DNA of 64,000 nucleotides from Eledone cirrhosa (taxonomy: Eukaryota): contig OZ024741.1 in the NCBI GenBank assembly GCA_964016885.1, forward strand, positions 176,638,001 through 176,702,000, read 5' to 3'. Both the position numbers and the translations under genes were made by a program. Position 1 is the stretch's first letter; the number at the start of each line of letters is the position of its first letter. This document shows positions 26,905 through 42,141 of this stretch, one piece after another. A model generated the notes under the pieces. That model was not told the origin of the DNA. It searched no databases and saw only the letters and a list, made by a program, of their open reading frames with translations.

Positions 26905-27260
26905 GCATTGCTATAAGATAGTTAGTGTGAATGCACATAACGTAGTTTAGTGGGGGTAAATCAACGATTGGAAGGACGAGAGGTCGACTTCCGCCAGCGC
27001 ATTGTTTCCTAGAAGAAGACACTTTATTTCATATTGCCCCACTCAAGTCAGATGACAAAAGAAAAAGAAAAACAATTCTACGTCGAATCCAAAGGGCCAG
27101 CATTGTAACGAACTGTCACTGAATCTCCATGCTAACATTCTTAAGGGTCCATGAGCACGTGGGAAAATTTACTACTTGGAAGTTAAATTCACAAACAGGC
27201 CTTACTGTCGTTCGAAGAAATGGAACACTCCTCCTCGTAGGCGACGGAAATCCAGCTCAT
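26905..27260 (+). mobile_element. degenerate SINE family 1
   Basis: ttgtttcct..aagacactttatttca..ttgc resembles the core of the 11937-12202 copy. Confidence 0.45.
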
Positions 27261-28460
27261 TAATCGAATGCGACTCAAGAAAAAAGTAGTTTGTTGGATA
27301 AACATGCTTGACTCTGAAAAATTGCCGATGTGAGTTGGAACATTCAATATTTCTCTCATTTAGCTTTACCTCGTATCACAAACAAGCCATATTGAATAAT
27401 ATTAAGTGGTCTGGGTTAAATTAATATCTAATTTCATTTTAATTTCTATATATAGCATAAGTAAATAACACAATATTACTTTAATGCCTCTTTAAAAAAT
27501 ATCGGCCGTGTTGGCGCTAGTTGAGAAGAAAAAATACTCAATGAGATATTTATATATGAGATTTAACTCTCATGGTAGTTAGAATGCAACAGATTTTTAT
27601 AAAGCACATATCAGCGAATACATTTTTAGATTATAATCTCTGAACCAGAGATCTCCCAAATATGTTTACTGTTTTCATTATTAGAAGATTTGCTCTGAGC
27701 ATTATTATCTCTGCTACAGTATTGATGAAATATCCTCAAGGCTTCTTAAACTTAACAATGATGTGTTGTTTAGAAAAGAGCAAAGCCATCAATTTCCAAG
27801 ACCAATTATCTATAGGTTCTTTTATTCCTCTCCAATTCCCACTTTAGAGAATGCTATTTCTTTTATTTTCTATTTTCCTTTATGCATATTTAATCCTCTC
27901 GCAAGATAGGTATTTTTCCTCAATTCATAGATTTTTGTTCTTCTATTTTTTTCAACGAATCAATATCAGCAGAGATGATACGCTGAGACCAGATTTTCTT
28001 AAGCAAATAATTGTAAAGATAGAATGAGATATAATGGTGTACATGTGTACAAAGGACAGTCCATGTCTCATAAATGATCTAGTGAATAATTGGAATCTAT
28101 TATATTTCAGTGGAAATACAAATAGTAAAATAGAAAACATTCCATCTTCATTTCATTCATATATTTGCCCTAAGCATGAAGTAAAAAGAGAAAAGAAGGT
28201 TAATAATTACGTACTGTATTGCAATAAACCTGAAAAATACCATAGCTAATATGTAGATATATGAAAAAGTCTATATACACAAATTATTCAAGCATGCAAT
28301 GCGTGTGCATCTTTGAAAGCACGAGCATTATGTGTTATAATTTTTCATTTTCTGAACATTTTCCGAGTATGACAAGAGATACTTGCATCATTGATACACA
28401 GGTAGAGAGATATATAGATAGATTTCTCAGACAGATAAATAGACATGTGTGTGTATATAT

Positions 28461-28553
<93 letters not shown>

Positions 28554-28556
<3 letters not shown>

Positions 28557-29197
28557 AACGACTGGTAACATACCAGTTGGCCCATAACGCACCAGAGTAC
28601 TCGATACTTAGGGAAGTAGAGTAGGTAATATGAAAAGAGTCAGGACCCTGACGGCTGATCTCCGGCCGTTTCAGAACTAAGCCTGCAGTATTAGAATAGT
28701 GTGAATCTAGCTGAACTTATCAAGGGGTACAGTCCATATATGGGCTTGCAGTCAAAAGCAAAATAAGCAGAAATATCAAGGCAAAAAATCCTAAAAAGTT
28801 GTTGTTTTTCTTGTCTATCACGGTGAGTTATGATAGAGAGTTGTATAGATTTCTCTCTTAACGCCTGACTGGCCTGGCACCCACATGTCAGGCTGCCTTC
28901 TTACTCCCTCCCCTTTGCTCTTCAGGCCAGTTCAGCTCCCCGTCACTACGAATGAATTTAACTATATACATGACATCCCTGATCATTGAACACTCCTTAT
29001 GACATTAAAAAACAACAACACATTTTTAGGATTTTTCGCTTTGATATTTCTGCTCTTTTGTTTTGACTGTATGCCCATATATGGACTGTACCTTGTGATA
29101 AGTTCAGCTAGATTCACACCGTTCTAATACTGCTGGCTTAGTTGGGATCTAGAAGTCGAAACGGCCGTAGATCAGCAGTCGGTGTCCTACCTCATTG
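28554..29197. mobile_element. inverted-repeat element (arms ~28640-28810 / ~29007-29192) with degenerate HHR
   Basis: Diverged reverse-complement arms; GAAA-cggccg-TA motif; left arm has ~85 extra nt; TA flanks. Confidence 0.7.
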
Positions 29198-29419
29198 ATA
29201 TATATATATATCTTCTCACTTTCGCACCAACCTGAGGCATATGGCCCTTAAAGCGATGAAATGCCTGGGACGGTTGGAGGGTCACTGATGAAGGACTTAC
29301 TTTTTCATATGCACCACCATTTGCAACGCGCAGCCATCCTTATTATTATATATATATATATATATATATATAGTTATATAGTTCACATACTTACATACAT
29401 ATATAAATACAAACACTGG

Positions 29420-29990
29420 CTTACAATGCATTTGCTGTGGCTGTTCTTACGTCAACATTTGGAATACTTGTTTGGACGATAGACGGAATCGAAGCTATTG
29501 ATGTTAAAACCCGAAATAACCTACACAACACCGGAAACTTCCCCATCAAGTGTATATAGACCACATCTATTTGAAACGTAAGCAGGGAGGCAGAGGTCTA
29601 CCATCAGTTCAGAGATCATTTGAGTGTCGCATCAGGTCCCTCTGATATAATCTACGAACCTCCAAGCGTAGGAGCCCATCTATTGAGCAAATGTGTCTAC
29701 ATGAGGCATATAAAATCATGAGAGTTGCGAAGAAACTCCTTGAATTATATTTCCTGAATAATAATCAAATATTCACATCCATGGAAATTACTCAGCAATA
29801 ATGCAATGAGACCATGGATGTGAAATTACATGAGTATCAGCAACGAATATGCATGGTCATGTTGCTAGGACGCACCAGAGTGAATAATATAGATAATCAA
29901 ACTAGTCTACCTTAGGCCAAAATGCAACTATATTGGCTGTCACATGCTTTTGCAATCTAGGAACAGGAAATCAATACCAAACAACCTGAG
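29420..29990 (+). pseudogene. R4/Dong-type non-LTR retrotransposon relic (RT thumb region)
   Basis: NAFAVAVLTSTFGILVWTIDGIEAIDVKTR, IYLKRKQGGRGL, MHGH, AI*EQEINTK; frameshifted. Confidence 0.65.
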
Positions 29991-30237
29991 ATACGTGCAG
30001 CAGGCACACTTGAAATGACTCTTATCATGTCTTTAGTCCATAGTATCACAGTATTATTAGTTATTATAAAATGTTAACATATATCTTTATTGCATAGAGT
30101 TCTCGTATTTGCGGGAATAATTAACATAATTACCTGGCCGTATATTTTATTTCTCATTAGTTCTCATAAATCAGACGCTATCATATCTGGCAGCAATATA
30201 GTTTTCAAAATCTAGTATATAGAATCTCTATATATTC

Positions 30238-30540
30238 AATGGCAAGCGCATGGCACGGTCGTTAGGGTGTTCCATTTATGATCCTAAGTTTGTGAACTTT
30301 AGAGCACGCCTTGTGCTCTTGAGAAAAATACGTATTTCTCTATTCTCGTTACTCCCATTAACTCAGCTGTTAAAAAATTAGTTCTTCCTTAGGTAAAGAG
30401 ATCAGCTGTGTCACACTGAGTCCTCATAAGAACTACATTAGTGTTACATTGTTTGTTCAATACTTAACTACTTACGCATTAATTGCACGAGCAGGCCCTT
30501 TTGTTGATCAAACAACTGGATCACTCAATGTAAGAAATGA
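30238..30540 (+). mobile_element. degenerate SINE family 1
   Basis: gcgcatggc..gttagggtgt head and actcagctgt core; a similar relic lies at ~38636-38880. Confidence 0.5.
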
Positions 30541-30622
30541 TGGATATACTGTATCATAATTACAATATTCTACATCTATTTCAATATTTGAGCCGTATAT
30601 TTAGTTCTTAACCCACTACTAA

Positions 30623-30946
30623 ATCTTCTACATAGTAAATTCCTTAAATTGTTCTTGCACTTATGTAAATGAAGTTAGGGAAAGAATGTACAGTTCAATT
30701 GTTAAGCAGGGGCACAGGGGAACTAATAGAATTATAGTTCCAAGTTCATTTATATATCTTCTACATAGTAAATTCCTTATATTGTTCTTGCACATTTCCT
30801 TCCATATATTAAGAATTTAAGAACAATTTAAGGAATTTACTATGTAGAAGTCTATAAATGAACTTGGAACTATAATTCTATTAGTTCCCCTGTGCCCCTG
30901 CTTAACAATTGAACTGTACATTCTTTCCCTAACTTCATTTACATAA
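30623..30946. repeat. near-perfect ~128-bp inverted repeat (30661-30789 / 30819-30946) plus 38-bp direct repeat (30623-30660 / 30756-30793)
   Basis: Read directly from the sequence. Confidence 0.9.
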
Positions 30947-31220
30947 TTGTATTCAGTAATATTATTTCAATAGAGCTTACTTTTGTATTATATTATTACA
31001 GAAACCTGTATGGCTGTATTCACTTAAAATTCCATTTCCATTTTATACTTCCCATTGGGGAAAAAGAGGTAGTGATCTGTAATAACGCTCGTAATCCACC
31101 AGAAAGAACGTTATTAAAAGTCGGCAATAAATTCCTCATTTAAAAAAGTGAAATGTTAAAAAGTATCCCAGAATCCTGAAGTGCTATTAATTTTAATGTT
31201 TCACTACAAAATTCTATGAT

Positions 31221-31394
31221 ATAATTGTTTCTACTTTTGGCACAATTACCCAGTACATTACTGGTACTTTATTTTATCGACCTCGTAAGGATGAAAGGCA
31301 AAGTTAACCTCGGCGGGATTTGAACTCAGATCGTAAAGGGACGTAACTATGCTGGAAAGCATGTCTGTCCCTCCACCGATACTGCCAATTCACC
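31221..31394 (-). mobile_element. SINE family 2
   Basis: Reverse complement of the 41955-42141 copy. Confidence 0.85.
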
Positions 31395-31463
31395 TGATAT
31401 AATGAAATATAATGTAATATAATATAATATAATTTTACATACACACACACACACACACACACA

Positions 31464-31561
<98 letters not shown>

Positions 31562-31909
31562 TTAAAATCGAAAAAAATAATTAAACAACCTTTAATACTT
31601 AATTAATACATTATTTTACGATCGTTTCAAAGGATATTATAAGTAACGTATTTTCGATATGTATCTCCTAAGTTTACCTAAGTTTATACGTACATCCATA
31701 TGTATGTATGTGTGTGTGTATGTATGTATGTATGTATGTGTGTATGTATGTATGTATGTATGTATGTATGTATGTATGTATGTATGTACGTATGTATGTA
31801 TGCATCTATGCATGTATGTATGTATGGATGTATTTATCTTTGTATTCATTTACTTATTCATGTATGGAATGTCATGTACTCACTCTTGACATACCGTTTT
31901 ACACAAACG

Positions 31910-32700
31910 ACTGCGACCATTTTGCCAACATGTAGGAAGAAATGCAGCAGCTAATGTACTCATACAATAGAGCCTGTTCTCCGATTGCTTTAAGAATTAG
32001 CGTGAAGAAACTTCTGGCCATAAACCAGCCAGCACCAGGAAATGCATGTGTAGAACCAGACATAAGATTGTATGATCAGAAAGTCTGGCTGGTGGACAGG
32101 TTGATGTATCTTGGCACTACCTTAAGTACAGCCTTCACATTGAAATATAATCAAAAGTCAGCAAAGCTGGCGATGCCTTCAGGAAGTTGGAAAAGTGACT
32201 ATGGATTCAGTGATGTATATCTTTGATATTAAAGGTAAGGTCTACGTGATTTGTGTATTGCCATCTCGAATGTACGCTTGTGAAACGTTGGTTACTTAGC
32301 GGAAGCATCTAAAACAGATGAAGAGCTTTGACAACAGTGCCTAATCGAATCCTGTGTCTGCACTGGGGGATGAATGTGAGTGATATTGAAGTTCTTGAAA
32401 AATGTCACTGTCAGAATATCGAGACAGTTAACTTGTAACACTGTTTCCACCAGGTGGGGCATGTGGTGAGAATATAAGACTGTAGGTTACCCAAACAACC
32501 GCTTTATACTGATCTACGTGATGGCAAACGTCCACCTCATACACTTAACATGAGTTTCAAGGACTGTGTGAAAACATGTCTGATGAAATTTTGTATGGTA
32601 GATGGAGATTGGAAACAAGCTACGAATGATCGAAATATGTGGACGGAAGGTGTATATGAAGACAGAGTATACTTTTAACCGGCAGAAATTATGGATGGTT
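31910..32700 (+). pseudogene. RTE-clade LINE relic (RT C-terminus)
   Basis: EEMQQLMYSYNRACS..LRISVKK, YLGTTLS, KVYVICVLP..MYACET; many stops. Confidence 0.75.
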
Positions 32701-33911
32701 AAAAAGGGATGTGTAGAATGGTTTGAAAGTGTAATTGCGAGGAACTGTGGGAGACCAATGAGAGCTGACATGTAATGGGTAGGGGAGAGCATGTCTCAGA
32801 AAATGTCGATTAAAAAGTCACAAAAGGAACAATATAAAAAGGACTGATGTAGATTACTCTGGTGTATATGGTAATACAATCTCTCATCAATGTGGTAATG
32901 TCTGCTATGCATCAGGAGGCCTGATTTTGCCATGTACCGGTATGTGCTGACGCAGCACATACATGTATATGGCAACATTCACCGATTTTTGTTGCCAAGT
33001 TTCATCTCTATAACATGTTACATCTGTGATACAGACTCGCAGAAGCGTTTTTTAAATTTTGCGTGATGTCTATACTGCAGCGTGAGGTAGCCTTTATAAT
33101 TATGTATGTATGTATGTATGTATGTAGGTATGTATGTATGTATGTATGTATGTATGTATGTATGTATGTATGTATGTATGTATGGGAGTGAAGAACCCTT
33201 AGCCATTGTCAGAGCATTCTTCTAGGAGAAGGCAACTCAGGAAACTGGGATAACTCCAACATAAAACCTGTGGCTCTGTAGTTACCGATGATGTTGATCT
33301 TTTCTTCTTTTCTGGTTATATCTACTGTAACTCAGAGCGTGGGATTGGCTCGGTGCACAGTCTTTCCTCAATTGAAAAAAAATCTTCATAAACGGACATT
33401 GCACGATAACATTAATTGATAATTATTAATAATGTTATAACGTGCAATGGCCATACTCGATAACGAGGGGACAGCCGTCACGGATGTATGTAGTTCTTCT
33501 GGTTTTGTAATTACACAACCTTTTGCCAATAGAGAGACAGTCTGTTTCTAACATAGTTATAAGACCCTCTCATTGGAATTTACACATCAACTAGGTAGAT
33601 ATGTATGCATATTTGCATGCAAGTGTGTGCAGGTATGGATGTTATTCTATGTGTGGATGTGTATGTTCTGAGTTATATGTGTGCATGTGCATATGCTTTG
33701 TATCTGTAGAAGTGTATATATGCAGATATTAGATGCAGGATTTGGGAATGTTTTACATGTTTTTATTGTTCCATTTTGGATTTGACTTGTAATTTCTTAA
33801 ATAGTCGTGTTCTTTCTGTTTCTATGAAGCCCAGCTTCTCAAGGCTTGTATCTAATTATGTATGTATGTATGTATGTATGTATGTATGTATGTATGTGTG
33901 TATGTATGTAT

Positions 33912-34485
33912 GTCAGGTCACCAGTTGGTGCTACTGGTAACATGTATCCCAGTACATCCTCTCCCATGGTCGGGTCGTTGGCAACAAAACTGGCAACCCT
34001 ACCAAGGTTTCTTGGTGAGGAGGGTGACTTTGGACATCCTGCAGGACTAAAAACAAAACATGTCAAAGAGCAAAGGAGCTCTTAAGAGTCAATGGCCATC
34101 CAAAACCACCGGGAGAGATGACCTCTTAGCCTTTGTCAAGGCAGAATTCTAGGAGAAGGAAACCTCTGATATAACACCTGCAACCCTGATGGTATCCAAT
34201 GATGTTGACTTGTTCTTCTTTTTGGTAAATATCATCTTGGTTAAGAGAGTGGGACTGGCTTTGTGCAGTGGCTTTGCTCACTATAAAAGCTTCACGGCAC
34301 AGGCATTGCTTTATATCTGGAGATCTCTCTGCACTTGTCGTCACATGGTACCATGGCCCCAACACTATGTGTCAATAATTGTCACAAGTGTAGTGTTTGT
34401 ACCAGAGTTTTCAAGTCGCTGGCTGGACTAAAATTTCACACTCGTTCAGTAGTGGCCGTACTCGAAAACGAGTTGGCAGCCACCA
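33912..34485 (+). mobile_element. short RTE-derived element between (TATG)n tracts; partial relative at ~33185-33375
   Basis: 3' part encodes C2H2-like CSVCTRVFKSLAGLKFHTRS typical of RTE C-termini, then a TATG tail; 34145-34285 resembles 33215-33370. Confidence 0.55.
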
Positions 34486-35743
34486 TGTATGTATGCATGT
34501 ATACGAATATGTATATATAGTTTTTTCAATATATATATATATATATAAATATATATATTGTGTGTGTGTGTGCAGGGGGTGGGTTTGTGTGTGTGTAGGT
34601 ATGCCCTGTTTTATAGTTAGTACTATAAACGAAGTATCATCTGCGACTATTTCAAGCTCCTTGTACTTAGAGATGAAATCTGACTGAGTTCAATTTTGCC
34701 TATCATCTTTTCATGGTTTTAAATAAATATGAGTTCATGGCTGTTTCATACGGGATTTACTCGTTGTAACCGAGATGGCTCTCTGTATCTGTTCTGGGAC
34801 TTTGTATATTCCATAGAATTCCCAGTGTGCCCTGTTGATGGTAGACTTAATCAAACACCAGGATGAATGTTATCACCTTCCATTTGTATGCTTTTTGCCA
34901 ATCCCGCGCCTTTGCCCTATTCCGCTATTGCATCTCTTTCGGGCGTTTTTCAAACCCCAAACTCCGAAATGTTTAGAATAATCCTACAAAAGTATTGGGT
35001 GCTAAGCCAGTCCACTAGGCATAGTGATAAAAAGGTTCTACACGTATTTTCTCTGTGTATATTATTTCTTCATGATGATTTATCACACAATTTCTACTAC
35101 CAGGATATGCTACTGATGTTGAACTACATAATTAGATCTCCCGCATTGATCGATATTAGCGAAAATATAGAAATAATCCCAATTCTTAATATATGTAAAT
35201 CAATCTTCATAAATGTTGATAATTCAGTAGTGAAAAAATATATACGAACATTGCATTGTATATTAACTAGCAATGTAAATGGATGAGAAACAATGAGGAT
35301 TGGAAATTACATACTGCAAACGGAACAGTTAAAAGAAAATAAAGCTAAAGCAAGTGCCGGATAGCATTCTATATAGTTATGATAAAGGAAAATTTATACA
35401 GAAATGAAATGAAATTACATCCACATATAAGTGCTATCTTTATACACTTGATATTAGTAAATACATTTGTGTCTTTTAAATTCAATGTTTGCTATAAATG
35501 CAACCAATTATTACACTTTGAATTAATATAGATGTACAAATATAGAATAAATGGAATATGTAGATAGAATTATTTCATTATTCTAACGTATGAGATATTA
35601 CGAAGTTTTGTGATTTTAATCTGTAAACTTATTTCTCTCCATATATGTGCATATACGTGTTTGTATACGAATACATAAATTGGCGTTCATTTAACATATA
35701 ACTGTTTCTATATATCTCACTATCTGTATACACACACACACAA

Positions 35744-35802
<59 letters not shown>

Positions 35803-35891
35803 TGTGTGTGTGTGTGGAATGTATATAAAACAAATCATATATGGGATTATATATATAAACACACAGACACACACACACTAATGTATATATG

Positions 35892-36041
<150 letters not shown>

Positions 36042-36340
36042 CATCTCTCTCTCTCTATATATAGGGTATTATCTTTACATGTTGAAAATATAAAACTTGA
36101 AAATATCTCATATGTACGAAAGAGTAAATCAAATAGTTATTTATATAGTATATATTTGTAGATCAATATTCAGTTATTATTGTCATAGCATCAGTTTCAC
36201 AATCAATATATAGTTAATATAGATATTGCTTACATTTGTTGTACAAATTGGATTTGAAAAAGAAAGTTGTAACTATTATCAGCAGGGACACTTATTCTAT
36301 ACTCGTGTAAATTATTTACTTCGTTTTCTTTCTCTCTCTC

Positions 36341-36415
<75 letters not shown>

Positions 36416-36945
36416 GTAATAACCATAATAATTCTATCAATTCAGTAACATTTTCACCAACTGAATATTCAACTTACATATAAAATAGTTATTGTATCTT
36501 TACCATTTTATCATATATTATAAGCATTTGTAGGAGTATTTATCACATATAATTCTAGCATTTATATATTTTCTGGTATTCATGATTTGATTTATATTCC
36601 ATAAGACATATTTATGATTTATTAAGAATGAATGAATTAAAAATCGATATCATAGTTTTTACTCTTATACATATAATTCAAAGTATACGTAATTATTTTA
36701 TTTGCTATATAATTTTATTTTAGATTCCAGCTATTTGAATTACGTCTTTTTTCCTTTTTTCACATATTGCTAATCTCCTCATTCTTAGTTCACAACATTT
36801 CTCTTTCAATCCTACTATGTGATTATATGAATATTTACACTCGTCCCACACGTATATAAATACATGTATGTACTTGTAAACACATGCATATATATACATA
36901 CATTTATGTATGTTTTTACGTATATATGTGTACATATATTCACGC

Positions 36946-37054
<109 letters not shown>

Positions 37055-37063
37055 TACACACGC

Positions 37064-37094
<31 letters not shown>

Positions 37095-37095
37095 T

Positions 37096-37180
<85 letters not shown>

Positions 37181-38092
37181 TGTGGGTGTACGTGTTTGCT
37201 TGTATTCACTAATTATTTATTTTCAATAAATATATATTTCCTTTCACCCGAGGTTTTAATTTTTCTATGGATAATAATTTAAACTCAGATATACTGTATT
37301 AACAAATTTCAATGATAATATAATAAAGGAGCTTTACAGGACATCAGCCTAAAGTAAATATTTCTATATATATTAATATTTTGTGAAGGGTGAATTTTTA
37401 TTTAAACAGCAATTGATGGTTTTAAATACAAAACACAACAACACTTCACCACCACCACCACCAAGGCAACGGTGTAAATTCTTTGTACTTGCATTTACAG
37501 AAAAACATTTAAAACATAATTTTCTGAAATTAATTTCTTTTATATTTCAAATATGATCTGTCACTATCTGGAATATTTTTACAAAGGCATGTTTGGAACT
37601 CTCAAACTTTCATATCTATAGTTTTGTCTGGCTTTGTTAGACTATGATAAGCCTTAAGTCATCCTCCGTTATCTGCCTTGGTGATAATTACATGGAAAAG
37701 GAGATTTCCTCAGAATTTAGACATAACATGAATGCATGCAAACGATTTGAGTTCACTAAATATTTCCTCATTTATTGTGTGGCGGATTTATATTCACAAG
37801 GCCATATACAGGCGCATTTAAATGATACATGAATTAATTTTCAATTCGTACAGCTGAGATACTTAACAAGCAACAATTAACGTCTATATGTCAGTTAATT
37901 CATGAGTTTTACTTCATCTGTAGTTTCAAGAATGGTATAGTCAAAGTGAAACATTCCATTTTAAGCATTACATAATAATCATGCTAAATGAAAATTGTAT
38001 TCTATGACAATATTTATTCCCTACCATGTGAAATATAACATATAGAGAACTCTGGAACATACTATGTCTCTGCATTATTATAGCGACACATC

Positions 38093-38262
38093 GGTGGATT
38101 GGCAGTACCGGTAGAGGGTCGAACGCCATGCCTTCCAGCATAGTTACGTCCCTTTACGATCTGAGTTCAAATCCCGCCGAGATTGACTTTGCCTTTCATC
38201 CTTACGGAGTCGATAAAATAAAGTACCAGTAATGCACTGGGTAATTTCTGGCCTTGTGCCTA
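38093..38262 (+). mobile_element. SINE family 2
   Basis: Near full-length match to the other copies. Confidence 0.85.
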
Positions 38263-39131
38263 ATTATTATAGGGACACTGTGGATGTTATGGAACAGTTA
38301 TGTTAATATCGTTTTAGAATATATTTCAGCAACTTACACTATACACGTAAAAGATCAATACTTTCATAAAATTCCACCAAAGAATAATATACCTGGCTCA
38401 GAAATAGGAAATGATAACTATAATAACAATGTCAGAAATTACAGTCATATGGCTTGTATCTTAGTATGTTCGTTTCAAAACCATTAATACAGTAAACACA
38501 CCACTAAGGGTATATGATTACAGTGTTTCCATAAGTTTATAATATTAACATTCTGTTATCTGAAGGATGCGTTTAAAATAGTGTAAGTACTGCTCCTATA
38601 ATTAAATAAGATATATAACAGAAACAAAGATGCATTTCATCGTGGTTAGTGTAATCGTGTCACCCTCGTAATGTCGTGAGCTCAAATTTAGATTACAAGT
38701 TTTCTTATAATATAACACACATTATATAAAGTTGAGTTAGCCCAATCAGCTGTAAAATAATGAGTCGTAGCTGTACTTCGAAAGGTCAGAATAGTCACAC
38801 AATGTGTCACGATAAATCACCATTATAATTACATTCATGTTGCAACGAGCCCGTAGAATGTTCAGCCAAATGCAACATTAATTTCATGAGCAGGCTGTTC
38901 CGTTGTTCGAACAATCGGAACAATTCTTATCGGATCTAGAACACACTCCCACCCTCCCATCATCTCCCTTTAACCATCGCAAAATTCCCCACCCATTCCT
39001 ACTCACACATAATCTATTTACCTGTTCATATAATCCCCAATTTACTCGTTCACGTAATAGTTTACACACTCCCACCCCTCTCACTATATATATATATATG
39101 TGTGTATACATACATATATATATATGTGTGT

Positions 39132-39199
<68 letters not shown>

Positions 39200-39933
39200 A
39201 TCTCACATAATCGCATACTCACTCACTTTCTCGTGTATTCTTCAGCTCACTCCACTCAACCGTCCACTCTCTTTAAGAAATTCCCCAATCGACGAAAGTA
39301 ATTTAAAAAGCAATAAAACCGTACAGCGATTGCACTGTCAATTTCTATCCCCCATGAACATAACATGATAAACTACCTTAATTGTAGTTAAGGACCGAAA
39401 TCAAAAGGGATATGCAGTTTGTCTAAAAATTTATTTGGGCAAATATTTTTGTTTGTTTTAGTTTAGATAGAATTCTATCCATTTTCCCGCCGTTACAATT
39501 TTGTTTGAGGAATCCATTGTGGGCTTTGAATATTTTAAATCTATTTCATCACGACAATTTCAAATAATTTCGAAGTGGATTCTGTTTTACGTGACAATAT
39601 TCTATTCTTTTTTTTCTTTCAATATTCTCTCGTTTGCAGAATGTAAAGATAATGAAAAATAGCGTTAGATTTCTCCTCAAATTCTGTTTATACGATATTA
39701 TATATTTTATTCTAAAGTATATTGACTTCTCGACTCATTTGTTACTCATTTTAAAGGGACTACGGCAAATATTATTATCTACGGTTGTGTGATGCTATTT
39801 GTGTTGGGTATTTTCAAAGCTAACGCCAGTTAAATATTTACACCATAGCTGGATCGTATCCCATTGTCAAAGGACAACTTTTGTTTCAATCGACAAATGA
39901 ATACCTATTTTTAAATGTCGAGCGTGTATATCC

Positions 39934-40118
<185 letters not shown>

Positions 40119-40162
40119 AAGAAGAAATAGTAGACACATATATATACCTATTTCTTCTTCAA

Positions 40163-40258
40163 TGTCCCGACTATGCAGTTTCGTTGGTTAGTATGCAAAA
40201 TTCTTACATCATAGAGATGCAACGTTGTTGTGAGGTATGCCAGATTTTCAAGGGAACA
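40163..40258 (-). ncRNA. type I hammerhead, U3-A8 core variant
   Basis: tgttccc-TTGAAAA-tctgg...ccaac-GAAA-ctgcatag-TC-gggaca. Confidence 0.7.
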
Positions 40259-41954
40259 CCTCAGGGAAAGAGCAGTCTTGGCAGTGATTAGTTATGACAA
40301 AACTCAATATTTATATACCATAAGCAGTAACATGACAAACTACATATAATTGAGAGGGTACGTAGGAAAATGTGTAGAAAAAAATAAAATAAATACATAT
40401 ATAGATAAGTAAAATACATAAACACATCAGTACGTAACTGTTAAATATTTAAATAATTAAATATGTAAATATCCGTATTAGAGAAAAAACAAATGAGAGA
40501 GAGAGAGAGCTAAATAGAGGTGAAAAGGAAAAGATAGAGAGATGAAGATAAAAACAAAGAAAGGGAGATATAGATGGTATAAAATAATTAGATAAGGAGA
40601 AGAGAGGTATATGATGCGTGACCGTTTTTTTTAAATATTAAGTTAGGTAGAAACTATCAATTAAATACAGTTAAATTTTTACTGTATAATATTTGAAAGA
40701 AATTATACCATTATATTATATTAAAATTAAAAAAATATAAAGTGATATAAGATGATATAACATATTTTCAAAGATAATCTGGAGCAAATTTAAATTAGTA
40801 AATACATTCAATAATTTAGTTATAAAATTCAAATTTCAAAATATTATTAACTAACAATGGAGCTTACACATATAGTAATATGATATTATTAAACTTAACT
40901 TACTTAAATATTAGCATATGTGTAAGCATTTTATATAAACAATACTATTTAAATCGATATTTGTCAATTACATATACGATTAATTATTAGTTATATTTAC
41001 ACTTGAGAGTATTAATATTTCGATTCAACCAAATTTTACTGTATTCAATACTATAAATCAAGTTAAATACATATTATTAATCAATTTAGATAAAACGAAA
41101 CTTATACACGATAAATGTAAACAATATCTTCGTACGAGACATCCAAACATTTAAATTAAATTGAACGGTTTAAAAGTCTGAAGATATTACAGATCCCAAA
41201 TTTATAAAATACAGGATTTAAAAAGAGGATTCTAAATCGAAACTAAAGGTTTATCATACTATTTTAAAGAAAAGGTATGTATTTCCTAAGGTGAGGTCGA
41301 GACATTATACTCAATATCAATAATAGCAATAATAGAAGCATTACAATAATTATTAATAACAGTCAATATCTTTTCTCACTCAGTCAATGTTTTTTCCTAA
41401 TTTTATATGATGCTTGAAATGTTGTTTCAAGAATTCACTTTTTTTTTATTAATTACATTACGATAATTAGCTATTATTAGTAGAGTTTCGGTATTGCAAA
41501 GATTGCAGTTAGGTGAGATGGAATTATTCCGATAAACTTCACAGTTTCTAAGTTTAGTAAAAAAGATTGAGTATTTTATATTTTTCTCTTTTAAAGACCA
41601 TATTAATTGTGATAACGAAGTAGTAAATGTCTTATCCCGATTAGAAAAAGAATGTTTATGATTAGAAAATCTGAGTTGAAAGTTCGATGAAGATGCACCT
41701 ATGTAGTTATAGGTAATATTATTATTTGCTTTAATGGTACTTTTATATACAACATTCTTATCAAGGCAGTTATTTTGCAAAGGGCATTCAGATTTTCTTC
41801 TACAGCTACAGTTCGATTTAATGTTATTTCTATGATCTAAACTATTCGCATTATCATTGCTAATATTTGTAGGTGTTCTACTGTAAGTGCTTAAATTAAT
41901 GTTATTATTATTCTCTGTAACTATAGTATTATTATTATTAATATTGTCATTAAT

Positions 41955-42141
41955 GGTGGATTGGGAGTATCGGTAGAGGGTCGGACGCCATGCTTTCCAG
42001 CATAGGTACGTCCCTTTATGATCTGAGTTCAAATCCCGCCGAGGTTGACTTTGCTTTTCATCATTACGGGGTCGATAAAATAAAGTACCAGTAATGCACT
42101 GGGTGATTGCTGGCCTTGTGCCTAAAGTAGAAACAATTATT
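41955..42141 (+). mobile_element. SINE family 2 inserted in the PLE with target-site duplication
   Basis: attattaatattgtcatta at 41934-41952 and 42136-42154. Confidence 0.9.

Noticed and set aside
34867-35286. 139-aa ORF
   Set aside because: No recognisable motif or splice context; compatible with chance.
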